The notes under the pieces are model-generated. The model did not search any database. It was given only the letters and a program-made list of their open reading frames with translations, and was not told the origin of the DNA. 64,000 nucleotides of DNA from the human T2T-CHM13v2.0 reference genome, Homo sapiens. Of the stretch, positions 45,153 through 64,000 are shown in pieces. Where the stretch lies: NCBI RefSeq assembly GCF_009914755.1, contig NC_060935.1; one strand, written 5' to 3'. The translations under genes were made by a program, and so were the position numbers. The first letter of the stretch is position 1, and each line of letters opens with the position of its first letter.

Positions 45153-46199
45153 GAGAAATCCTCTAGGCTCCATTTGCTTGTTACTACTTTCCAGTGCCTT
45201 TGTCTTGGTGATGAGAGTTGGTGGTTTTGTTAGTTCAGGTAAAAGTGTAGTTTTTAATCAGAATAGACTTGATTTGGGTTAATCCATGAAATTTAGAAAA
45301 CAAATAGGACAAATTGAGATGAGAGAAAACACAATTTAAGAATTTTTTAATGAAAGAAGATATTCCTTCTTTGTATTTTTGTTACAGTATTTTATTGCTT
45401 AGGGTATTCATATAGTTCTATTGGGCTTCAAAGAACTAGAAAGCTAAATATTGAGAAACGGCTACCGGGATTACAAATATAAGTCTCCATCCTTTCTTCC
45501 TGTTAATTGCCAGTGACTATGAAAGGAGTTAATAGAGTGTGTCTTTTGTGCATATGGAGTCTAAATAGGGAGAGTTATAAAGCAATATAAAGATTCTCGC
45601 TGGAAATGTTCATGTATGGCCAACTATACCAATTTTGAAAAATGGCTTAAGAATAGTAAAATTAGTCCTTTTGGGCTCATTGGACTCAGATCCCTTCCAA
45701 CCAGCTGAATCTCGATTTTTTCAGTGATGTCCTTTTTTCTTGGCCATTTACAACAGTGTTGTACCACAAGACCTACAAGCTTAAGAGGTCCCTCCAAACC
45801 ATTACATGTGTGTCCAGGAGAACTAAGATATTCAGTTGGTTACCTCAACAGTCAGATATTCTCCATGGAAAATGGCATTCTTATGCGTCTTATTGGATAT
45901 AAAAAGTCAGCCAAGCTCTTCTTTCCAAATTCATTCTAAAAATATAGATTTTGGAAAACTTAGAAAATAATTGCTAATACATACTAAAGTTTCAAATCCC
46001 ACACTCTTTAACTGATAATATTTTATTTAATTCTCATGATAGTATAATAAGGAAGATTCTATAGCCTCTAATTACAGAGGAAGAAACTAAGGCTCAGTCA
46101 TTGAGTGTTTTGCTCAAGATCACACAACTAGTAAGTGGTCAAGCTGGAATTTGAATCCAAGTTGGTCTGATTATAACCAATGCTGATTTTTTTTTCCTG

Positions 46200-47320
<1,121 letters not shown>

Positions 47321-48198
47321 TTTTGTGAGATTACACTGTTTTTCTTTTTGTTCCTTGAATGTTAACATACAAATTCCACATCTTTGGAGGTAGGTTATTT
47401 ACAAGATTATCAGCCAACATTTATCAAGGATCTTTGTGTAGAGCACAATACTTTGAACTCCTTCATTTTGGATTTAGATGCTAAGATTTATATGTATTGT
47501 TATTGCAGGGCCTTTTTTCATTGCTATATAACCAGGGATCTCTGCACCAGCAGAACAACTCCTTTTTCCTAAAATTTCTAGAAAGTCTAAGGGTTTCTGC
47601 CAAGTAGATAATCAAGGGCCTTTATATGGAAAAGCTAATTTCGTGGTCTGCAAGTAAAGTAATACGCACTCCAAAACTATAATATAGGTGTATAATTATT
47701 TAAGTTTTTGTATACCAGATCCTGAAATCGTAGATGAATACACAGATTTCAGGAAATGGAGTTTTCCTAATATTCTTCATAGGAGCCCCAGCTTCTGCCT
47801 TAAGAGTGTGTGCTGGCTACACGGTTGAATTTAATGCTCGGTAAAGGCAGATGTGACACCATGTATGAAATCTCATACTGTGCAAATACACTAGACCCTA
47901 GTGTATTCTGGGTCTTCATTTTCCCAGGTCATTGTCATCTGATGTTCTGGTCATTTTTCAGTTGAAAAGCATGTTTAGTACACAGATGATGACACCTGAA
48001 AGATGCCCTACCATGTTAAGTTCCAAGGTTCAATCCCTGATTCTTGAATATCTGCCATGCAGTTTCAGGCATCTTTCTTTCCACTACTCCATGGCCATAA
48101 GCCTTCCTCTTCTGAATCAAGCCCCCTGAATTGTACTGTGCAGTCCAGTTATCTAAGCAAGCTGCTCCAGTGGGTGAGAAAAAAGATACCAAGTTGTC

Positions 48199-48505
<307 letters not shown>

Positions 48506-50475
48506 TTATTTTTTTTATTTTTATTGTTTTAAAATAGGCTGAGCAAGGAAGCACCAACAGCTTTGCTTTATGGCCTAATTAATTATTTGCCATGTGGGAA
48601 TGCTAAATTTGAAGACCAGGATACTTGCCCACATCTGCAGCTCTCAAGGTCAGGTTGTTTCTGAGCTGGCAATATTTGTAATGGGAACTTGTTGAAATTG
48701 AGCAACTTGAAAAATCTGTTCTGCCCACAATTTCCTATAAAAGTATGAGTATCTTCTTGACCTGTTTCCCATAATGTTTTCCTGAGTAAGCAGGAGAAAT
48801 CAACTAATTATCCCTTGTTGGGTTTTTATTTAACAGTTGAAGGGTGTACCTAGATGGCTTTTTGATATCTAAGATATTTCTTTACTTTCATATAACTTGG
48901 AATATTTATTTTTAAATCATTGGCAAGTAGCTATAAGTATGCCTGTTTAGATAGGTGCTCTTATATATGCTTCAGAATTTCTAAAATTTTGGCTTAAACA
49001 TTCATATTATCAACTTCTTGGTGTAATTAATTTTCTGGATCATAGCAGTGGAAAGAGACCCCAGTACTCTTCTTCGGTGCTGTCCATAATGAAGTGTCTT
49101 TCACCAATTCATTCAATAGATATTAATTGTACCCCTGCTATGTACCAAGTACTGTTCTAAAACATTAAAATATATGAATATGACCAAGCCTTCATGGAGC
49201 TTGTGTTCTAGAAATGGATACTGCCCAGTGATTGGATTCAGTTTTCTGTACCGTTTTGCCTCCCTCCTGCCACTCTTCACACATTTCCAACATTTGAACC
49301 ATCCTGAGCTATGCAGTTCCCTGAAAAACATCATGCTCTTCTGTGGCTCCTTTTCTTGGCTCCTGCTGTTCCCTTATTTGTTTACAATTAGGGAAATTCT
49401 TGCACTTAATTTAAGACTTAGCTCAAACGCTGTTTCGTCTTTGAACCCTCCACTAGGCCATGTTAACTGCCTTGATTTTAAACCATCGTGGAAATAAATA
49501 TACTTTCTAGAAAAGAATTTACATTTCTTAGCTGGAAAAACATAACCCAACTTGGAATTCCTGAGTATGCATCTCTTGTCCCCACCCCTTGATCTGGGGG
49601 TTCTCTAGACTAGCTCTATGGTTTAGCTGCATGAAGAGTTAACTTGTGGCACCACCAAGTGGTTCAGTCAGGCAGTGCAACTTAATTCTCCTACAAGATC
49701 AAAGTAGTCCAATTTATACCATGTTACATACGAAGGGAGGGAAGAAGATGGCAAAAAGGATGGACGAAAGGAACAAAAAATTATAACGCAGTTGAGAGGT
49801 ATAATGATTAGACCATCTCTACCTCTAGAAGCTCAAAATCTTACAATACCTTTACCAGGCTTGTGATCTATATTTGGGTTTTTTTTTTTAATCTTCACTA
49901 TTTTGTGACCTTTAAACCTAATGCATAGAAATGAGAAATGGTTTGCTTATGTTCCTTCATTATGTGAGATCAGAGTATTTACATATACTCTTTCTTTCCT
50001 TACTGCTCAACTTTACTCTGGGAAATAACCTTTTCTTTACTGACCCATTGTGAGAGCCTCACTGAACTCTGCATTTCCTACTCAGTCTGAGTCGGAGATC
50101 TCACCCTAGTGTGTGCTCTCATAGACTATATCCTTGTGGCAAAATGGTCCTTAAAAGATGTGACAAAAAATTTTTTTTTCTAAGTGAGGGATAAATATAT
50201 AGTGATAATCCCAATAAACAAATTCTCAGAAATCAAAAGTTACCTAATCAAAGTTGGCTCAAATATTGAAGTACTTCATACTTAGTATGAGTCTGTGGCT
50301 GCAGCAACAAGGAAAGAGGAAGATAGAGAGTGACAGCACTCCATCTGGGGTTCTTGGTTCTAATGAAGAGGCTGAGGTTTCATCTAACCTGTCAAGGAGA
50401 GTGGGTTGCATTCCTTGACTTAGACTTCGGAGTGGGAAAAATGCAAAGCACACACGTACATAAAAACCCAGAGAC

Positions 50476-50797
<322 letters not shown>

Positions 50798-50915
50798 CTA
50801 GGTCTCAGCAGGACGGAAATCCATAGAATGGAACAGATCTCAATTTGATTGAAATTTTAAGATTTTGACCACCATGTGTTAGAACCATTCCTTTTCTTTA
50901 ATGGAAGTGTCATTG

Positions 50916-51225
50916 GGCCAAGCGTGGTAGCTCACACCTGTCATCCCGACACTTGGGGAGGCTGAAGTGGGAGGATCACATGAGCCCAGAAGTTTGAGAC
51001 CAGCCTGGGCAGCATGTTGAAACCTTGTCTCTACAAAAAAAATTTTAAATTAGCTGGGCATGGTGGTGCACACCTGTGGTTCCAACTACTCAGAAGGCTG
51101 AGACAGGAGGATCCCTTGAGCCCAAGAGCTCAAGGCTGCAGTGAGCTATGATCGTGCCACCGCACTCCAGCCTAAACAACAAGCAAAACCCTGCCTCAAA
51201 AAAAAAAGAAGAAAAAGAAAAAAAG
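50916..51225 (+). mobile_element. AluJ
   Basis: Diverged full dimer with A-rich tail. Confidence 0.88.
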
Positions 51226-52121
51226 AAGTATTGCAGTGATACTTCACACATGTGAGATAAACAATACATTCACTCTTTGTTGAACTACCATGCCCAGGTT
51301 ATTTCAAACTACAGAAGGACCTCTTGTATCATGACTCAGGACTTGTTACAATAGGGTTTCCTTATACTCTGTGTTGAATCACATCCAAAATGCAGCAAGC
51401 TTAAGCAATAAAGAACCTAACATTATTGAAGTTCCTCTAAAGGTCATGTCCAGATTTGTCACCCTACACCCATCCAGTCAGGTGTCTTTTAGTTACCCAA
51501 ACAGTTTCCATATTGTTAGACTGTGTTTCTTCTAAAAAAGAAAAAAAGGGAGGTGGTTCTATCTTATCAACAAAATTGTTTATAAAACTCAGAAGTAGAA
51601 TGGTGAGAAACTAGGGAAGAAAAGTAGTAACGCAAGTCTGAGAAATAAGATGTCTATTTTAGAAGGATCAAAGCTGATAGAACAAGCTTAATTAGCCATA
51701 AATTATGGAGAAAGTTGGCATTATCCCATTAGAAGAATAAAGTATCAAAGATCTCCTACTTGGTGGTTCTGTCTCAATGTTGAGTTTACTAAGTGTGAAA
51801 AGTATCCTATCCTGAATCTGTGCTCTCTGGATTATTTAATGCTTTCCTTTTTAAAGGTTCAAAAAGGTAGATTTCTGCTTATTTTTAATACTTTCTCTGG
51901 TCTCAAACTCTGTTTTATTGAGAGATTGATTTGTTACAATTTGTTTTATGGTATCATGTGTTCTATCAAGTTGGCTTTAGATAGCCACTTCTCTTTTCTT
52001 CTCTCTCTGTAAAGATACAGATGTTTCTACCACTAAGAGCAGTCAAGCACCACTGTACATTCTGAGTTTGTGGCCTTACTAATCAATGGCATGTTTTCTG
52101 GGGTGGGTGTTCCCTTTCTAG

Positions 52122-52271
52122 AGTGTCCTGCCATACTTCGTAGCTACAAAACTGGCTAAAATCCGGAAGCCAACTTTGGATAAGCCCTCTCCGGAGACGT
52201 TTGTGAAGTCTGCAATTAAAACAGTCGGCCTGCAATCCCGAACCAATGGATACCTGATCCATGCTCTTATG
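52122..52271 (+). CDS. HSD17B12: HSD17B12 coding exon (probably exon 10), SVLPYFVATKLAKIRKPTLDKPSPETFVKSAIKTVGLQSRTNGYLIHALM
   Basis: ccctttctag| acceptor, ATG|gtaggt donor; 150 nt; overlaps ORF 52176..52457. Confidence 0.97.
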
Positions 52272-52550
52272 GTAGGTAGATTTTTTGAATCGCAAATCAA
52301 TACTTTCTGGCTTGGGGTTTCTTTCCCATTGAGTTACAGGATAGTATGTAATAGATTAGCACATATACATTGTCCAGCCATAGTAACAAGATATCTATAT
52401 CTTGTTATAATTATAATGGTCGTATACCCAAGAACTTTAAAATCTACCTATAAATAAAAACAACACTATAATAAAACATTAAATCATATGCTTCAATTTA
52501 GCCCAAATTGTAGGCTATAATTACATATCTCTCTCATTCTGTTTCCCTAG

Positions 52551-52655
52551 GGCTTGATAATCTCAAACCTGCCTTCTTGGATTTATTTGAAAATAGTCAT
52601 GAATATGAACAAGTCTACACGGGCTCACTATCTGAAGAAAACCAAGAAGAACTAA
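52551..52655 (+). CDS. HSD17B12: HSD17B12 last coding exon (probably exon 11), GLIISNLPSWIYLKIVMNMNKSTRAHYLKKTKKN*
   Basis: gtttccctag| acceptor; 105 nt ending in TAA at 52653-52655; C-terminal KTKKN fits the KxKxx ER-retrieval signal. Confidence 0.97.
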   Translation, partial: GLIISNLPSWIYLKIVMNMNKSTRAHYLKKTKKN

Positions 52656-54335
<1,680 letters not shown>

Positions 54336-54420
54336 ATTGTTTGCCCTTTTTTCCTCTCATTTCATTGTAGAAATGGTGACACCACAATGACCTGGACAGT
54401 ATTTTATCTGCTTTCACACA

Positions 54421-54461
54421 TTGGTTGGTTAGTTGGTTGGTTGGTTGGTTGGTGAGTTGGT
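54421..54461. repeat. (TTGG)n microsatellite
   Basis: Direct read. Confidence 0.85.
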
Positions 54462-54553
54462 TTTAGTGTAGTGGTGGTAGATAGAGGAGGGATTCTCTTG
54501 CAAGTATACAAAATACTCTCTTTTTCTTTTATCCCAGTTAGAAAATAGTTGTA

Positions 54554-54853
54554 GGCTAAGCACAGTGGCTTACACCTGTAAACTCAATGCTTTGGGAGGC
54601 TGAGACAGGAGGATTGCTTGAGCCCAGGAGTTCAAGCCCAGCCCGGGCAACATAGCAAGCTCTTGTCTCTACAAAAAAATTAAAAAATAAAAAATTAGCC
54701 AGGTGTGGTGGCACGCACCTGTAGTCCCAGCTACTTGGAAGGCTGAGGCAGGAGGATTGCCTGAGCCCAGGGATTAGAAGCTACCGTGAGCTATGATTGA
54801 ACTACTACTGCACTCCAGTCTGAGTGACATAGTAAGACCCTGTCTCAAAAAAA
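54554..54853 (+). mobile_element. AluJ
   Basis: Full dimer, TSD core agttgta. Confidence 0.88.
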
Positions 54854-55141
54854 GAAAGCAGTTGTAATTCTGGCTAGAAAATCCCTTAAGAATTTCAAAA
54901 CTTCTGAGCTGTGGCTTTGATTGCTTCAACTTGGCAAGCACCCACTTGTATTTGACACTCCAGGGTGAAGGTGATGACGTAAAAATGTATTTTTCTAGGC
55001 ACATGAAAAGAAAAATTATGTTAAAAGAGAAAACAGTATACTCCAAACCTTCAAAATAGTCAAGTAAAAATTTCAGACTTAACTTTATGTTGACTTGATT
55101 TTATGTTCTAATGCATACTAGATAAGATTTGAACACAGACG

Positions 55142-55457
55142 GGCCAGGCGCAGTGGCTCATGCCTGTAATCCCAGCACTTTGGGGAGGCTGAGGCCGGCT
55201 GATCATGAGGTCAGGAGTTCAAGACCAGCCTGGCCAACATGGTGAAACCCTGCCTCTAAAAAAAATACAAAAATTAGCTGGGCTCAGTGGTGCACACCTG
55301 TAGTCCCAGCTACTCAGGAGGCTGAGGTGGGAGAATCCCTTGAACCTGGGAAGCGGAGGTTGCAGTGAGCCGAGATTGTGCCACTGCACTTCAACCTAGG
55401 CGACAGAGTGAGACACCATCTCAAAAAGAAAAAAAAAGAAAGAAAAGAAAAAAAAAA
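55142..55457 (+). mobile_element. AluS (Sg-like)
   Basis: Full dimer, TSD core ttgaacacaga. Confidence 0.9.
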
Positions 55458-56379
55458 GGATTGAACACAGAAAGACTAGAGTAGACAAGAATCACTTCTC
55501 CATTCTTGGTTATATTTCCTTATCTTTATACACTACTGAAATCAGTTTGTTTCAAGTATTTTACCTGGGATTCTTGCATCTACATGAAATTGGCCTGCAG
55601 TCTGCCTTTCTTACACTTTTTTGGTCAGTTTATGGTGTCAAGATTATAACTCCATTAAATGAATTGGAAAGTGTTGCCTTTTTTCCTGTTCTCCATAAGA
55701 ATTTGCAAAAGATTGGAATGATCTGTTTGTTAAAAGTTTATAAAGCTGTCTGGCCCTGGTATTTATTGGTGGGAAGACTTTAACTACTATAATTAGACTA
55801 TTCAGGAATTCTATTTTTTTCTTGAGTCAATTTTGAAAAAAAATCTAAGCATTTACCCATTTTACAATTTATTAGCATAAAGTAGCTTAAGGAATTTTCT
55901 TATTTCTAAACCTCTCCTGGATATGCATACTTCCTTTTCCGATACTGTTTGTATCTTCTCACTTTCTTTTCCTTGGCCGTTTTACCAGAAGTTTGTCTAT
56001 TTTATTTTTTTAAAGAACCAGTCTTAGCTTTGTTCATTCTCTCTGCCCTTCTCTTTTATGTTCTGCTTTCTGATGGTTTGTTCTGTTGTTTTCTCATTTC
56101 ATAAATTGGACATTTAACTCATTCATGTTCAAGGTTTTTTCTATTTTTAGTAAGTATCTGAGTTTATTTGAATTACCTCCTTTGCCTCACCCCATGATTG
56201 AGTGTATGCATGTATACAAACATGTATATATACACATTTTTATTGCTTTTCCATTCATATCTTTACATTATGATTTATTTGACCTGTTAATTATTTTACA
56301 GTATTTTTAAATGCACAGACTTAAGAGTTTTATAAATGTATTTCCTTTTCAAAAAAATTTTGTAATGTTAATATCACTA

Positions 56380-56990
56380 TTAATAAGACAATTTTATATT
56401 TTGTGAATCCTGATAAAATGTGCTGAAGACACAACATTAATTATGTGATATTCCTGCCAAAAATGCATAACATGAACATAGTAGAGAGAAATATCAGAAA
56501 AAGATAAAATGAGGAATATCCTACAAAGTTACCAGCCTATACTTCTCAAAAATTTCAAGTTAAAGGAGACTAAAGTGACGTGACAAGTACCTGCAGCACG
56601 TGTTTCTGGACTGGATCTTGGTCAAGAAAGCATTTTTTAAACTTTTGTTCTTTCGGACATTTTTGAGACATTCGGTAAAATTTGAGTAAGGTCTGTAAAT
56701 TATTAATAGCATTATATCAGTGTGACTTCCTGATTTTGATAATAATGTCATGGTTCCTTGAAAAAGTCCTTGTTTTTTAGGAAATAGACACTGGAGCGTT
56801 TAGGGTTAACGGAATATTGATATGCAACTGAATCACAAAAGGTTTAGGAAAAATTATAGAGAGAGAAAATGGTAGAGTAAATGGGGTCAGATGTTAACCT
56901 TTGGAAAATCTATGTCGAGGTATATGGATACTTTGTACTGTTTTGCAGATTTACTGTAAATCTGGAATCATTTCAGAATAGAAAGTTTAA
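56380..56990 (+). mobile_element. Old L1MC 3' fragment
   Basis: atattcctgccaaaaatgcataac...ctgtaaatctggaatcatttc motifs. Confidence 0.6.
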
Positions 56991-57197
56991 AAATAGCTTT
57001 TGTTCTAACTAATTGCATGTGGTCAAAGAACATGCGAGTATGATAAAGCCTGGGCAAATTTTTATAGCCTTTCTCTGCCTCAGCTTTACCATCTGAAAAA
57101 TGGAAATAATAGCACCTATGTCATATATTGTTTGAGAGGAAGTTAAGACACTTAAAGTACTGAGAACTCATCCAGGCACAAGTATATAAATATATGT

Positions 57198-57470
57198 TGT
57201 AGTAGGCTGAATAATGGCCCCCAAGACATCAGGTCCTAATCCATGAACCCTATGTTACCTTACGTGGAAATGAGGTGTTTGCAGATGTGATTAAATTGGA
57301 GATCTTGAGATGGGGAGATTTTCTTGGATTATCTAGGTAGGTCCTAAATGCAATCACAAGTGTCTTTAATCAGAGGCAGGGAGATTGCAGACAGAAGAGG
57401 AGAAGGCAGTGTGATCATGAAGGTGAGGACTGGAGTGATGCAGCCACAAACCAAGGAATATCAGTAGCCA

Positions 57471-57505
<35 letters not shown>

Positions 57506-57694
57506 AAGGGTCAAGGAACAGATTCTCTCCTAGAAATTCTGGAGGATGAAGCATCCCACCAACAATTTGATTTTGGTGTAGTAACACTCATTTTGGACTT
57601 CTGGTCTCCAGGGAACTGTGAGAATAAATTTCTGTTGTTTTAAACCACTGAGTTTGTGATAAATTTGTTCCAGCAGCCCCAGGAAACACAAATG
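57198..57694 (+). mobile_element. MLT1C/D solo LTR
   Basis: tgtagtaggctgaataatggcccc start; ttgcagatgtgattaa; gaactgtgagaataaatttctgttgttttaa. Confidence 0.8.
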
Positions 57695-57717
57695 TAAATT
57701 GTATTACCTATTAGAGG

Positions 57718-60594
<2,877 letters not shown>

Positions 60595-60733
60595 CATTCC
60601 CTTTTAATCTCACATTTATACTTTCCACCCTTCTCTCCCTGAGCTGCATGCTGCATCATTTCTTCGCATCTATATTGCATTTCTATAATTTTTCACACCT
60701 TTTCTGCTGTTAAAACCATTCACTATAATTTTA

Positions 60734-61601
<868 letters not shown>

Positions 61602-62279
61602 GGCGTTTTTATTTTGAAGTCCTGTTTGTTTAATTTTAATCTGGGGAAGCTAATTCTGAGGGCTAAACTGGGATGCTCTTCTTCAGAGATTGGCTTTCTT
61701 TTGTTGCTTTCACCAACCTGGAGCTGCTACCAGGCTGGCACTGCTCTAACCCCAGTGCAGGAATCTCAGGCTTGGTTCTCTTACCTTCTAGTGATTTCAG
61801 TGGGTTTTGCCATTATCCCCAAGGGGCAACCCCTGATTTCCTATTCTTTTACTGCTCACTGCCTCTAGTTCTGACTTCAGGGTTTTTTCCCTTTTGTTTT
61901 GATTTCTTGTCCTTGGAGAATTTCATTTATATCTTGTGAATTCAGCCTTGCATTAAAATGTATAGGGTGGTAACAGATTAATTATGCAGGAGTTTGGCTC
62001 CTGAGCTAATTATTTGTTTTACATTTTTCTAGGTAGGGATTCAGTATGATATGAGGTAGATGATAAAACAGCATGGGGAAAATTTAAATTTCTACAGAGA
62101 ACAGAGGAGAAATACAGATAATTTCTCACTAGCATACCTAGGGTATTTGTGGCCACTCTTCATACTTATTCTAATTTAGCTGGAATCTAGGATTTTTTAG
62201 CTATACTGCCAGAAGCCTCCATGGTTTTCTTTTTTCCTCTCTATGCTTTGGTTTAGATAGTTTCTATTAACTGTTTTTT

Positions 62280-62960
62280 AAAACAAATTAGTAAATTGTA
62301 CTGCATTTTAGAGCAGTTTTAGGTTTACAGAAAAAATTGAGCAGCAAGTACAGAATTCCCTACCCGTAGAGTTTTCACTATTATCTTGTATTTGTTACCA
62401 CTGATGAACTCATATGGTTACACTGTTAACAACTGAGTACAGTTTACATTAGGTGCCATGCTTTTCTATGGGTTTTAGCAAATGCATTTATATATCTGCC
62501 ATTTTAATGTCAGAACAGTTTTACTCCCCTGTGCTCCACCCATTCATCCCTCTCTTTTCCTCCATCCCCAATCCTCTGGCAGCCACTGATCTTTTGACTG
62601 TCTCTACTGCTTTGCTTTTTCCAGAGTCTTAGATACTTGGAATCACACAGTATGTAGCCTTTTCAGACAAGCAGCTTTCACTTAGCAGTATGCATTTAAG
62701 ATTCATGGCTTTTTAAGGTTTGATAGCTCATTTCCTTTATCACTAAATAATACTCCATTGTACAGATGTATCACACTTTGTTCATTCACATCTTGGTTGC
62801 TTCCAGTTTTGGAAGGACATCTTAGTTGCTTCCAGTTCTGGCAATTATAAACAAAGCTGCTATAAACACTTGTGCATATTTTTGTGGACAAAAGTTTTTT
62901 TTAACTCATTTGAGTAAAGACTAAGGAGTATGATTACTGGATCATATGGTAAGAACGGTT
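62280..62960 (-). mobile_element. L1MC/MD 3' fragment
   Basis: tttagagcagttttaggtttacagaaaaaattgagcag terminus. Confidence 0.75.
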
Positions 62961-63131
62961 TAGCTTAGCTTAGTTTACCTTATTTTCTACTATGTATCTT
63001 TCAAATTCACAAATCCTACTATATTTAGGGTATAGTCTGCTGTTAAATCCATCAAATGAGCTCTTAATTTCAGGTATTGTACTTTTCGTGTCTGGAATGT
63101 TCATTTGCTTCTTTTACATAATTTCCAATTC

Positions 63132-64000
63132 TTGGAGGCCGAGGCAGGCGGATCATCTGAGGTCAGGAGTTCGAGACCAGCCTGGCCAACATGGCAAAAC
63201 ACCGTCTCTACTAAAAATACAAAAATTATCTGGGTGTGGTGGTACACACCTGTAGCCCCAGCTACTCATGAGGCTAAGGCAGGAGGTTCACTTGAACCCA
63301 GGAGGCGGAAGTTGCAGTGAGCTGAGATGGCACCACTGCTCTCCAGCCTGGGCAACAGAGCAAGACTCCATCTCAAAAACAGATGAGTAAATTCCAATTC
63401 TCTATTAAAATTCTCCCTTTTCACACATTTTGTTCTTTTCCTCTACTTTCATAAATTTTCATGATAGTTGTTTTAAAATCCTTGTCTGATTACTTTTACA
63501 TTTGAATAATCTGTGGGGTCTGCTTCGTCTGCTTCTGTGTTTTTTTTTTCTCTTCATCAGTTACATTTTTCTGCTTCCTTGCATGTTCCATAATTTTTTT
63601 TAAGTGTACAGCAGACATTCTATTTTTAAAGAACCATAAAGACTGAAGTTGGTCATATTTTCCTCCATAGAGAGTTTGTCCTTTCCCTGCTGAGTAGGGT
63701 GAGAACTCATCACTTTATTAGGAATTGAACTGGGCTAGGGCTAGGAAGCCACCTTGATTAGATTCAGTGCCCTGTAGTTTCAAATGTCTACAGAATGAGG
63801 CCTGCCATATGTTTATTGTGGACTTGTCTTTCTCAGAATTTTGTTTCCAAGCATATCAAGACTATGAAAGGGGCCAGACTCTGTGGCTCACACCTGTAAC
63901 CCCAGCACTTTGGGAGGCTGAGGTGGACCAACCGATTGAGCCCAGAAGTTAGAGGCCAGCCTGGGCAATATGGTGAAACCCTGTCTCTTGTAAAAATACA
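63132..64000 (+). mobile_element. 5'-truncated AluS (63132-63379) and an Alu left arm running off the window end (63872-64000)
   Basis: Alu consensus matches; ttccaattct flanks the first element. Confidence 0.85.

Noticed and set aside
52272-52457. Open frame continuing into the 279-nt last intron
   Set aside because: Canonical splice sites exist and the extension is unrecognisable; intron retention cannot be supported from sequence.
62786-62845. ~29-bp tandem duplication
   Set aside because: Ordinary slippage within an old L1.

Overview
Human genomic DNA (two near-consensus AluYa5 copies, plus the primate Alu/L1PA and older mammalian L1M/L2/MIR/MLT/MER repeats). The window holds the 3' half of HSD17B12 (very-long-chain 3-oxoacyl-CoA reductase / 17-beta-HSD12, an SDR family member) on the + strand. 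Seven coding exons with GT-AG boundaries (probably exons 5-11) splice into one frame, V131-N312 plus stop. This includes the catalytic S189 and Y202xxxK206 and a C-terminal KxKxx ER-retrieval motif. A ~1.7 kb 3'UTR follows, then ~10 kb of repeat-dense intergenic DNA. The listed ORFs are essentially Alu/L1-derived or chance, except where they overlap real exons. I found no previously undescribed biological system. The most notable observations are: (1) a very young antisense AluYa5 inside the 3'UTR, upstream of every canonical polyA signal and inverted relative to all neighbouring Alus; (2) a Leu codon at residue 280; (3) a second AluYa5 in intron 6; (4) an L1PA insertion with a ~77-bp target-site duplication; (5) a trimeric Alu inside an MLT1A LTR; (6) a dense AP-1/kB/STAT motif cluster just after exon 7. 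Repeat boundaries and subfamily calls were made by eye and are approximate. Exon and residue numbering relies on my recall of the human protein.
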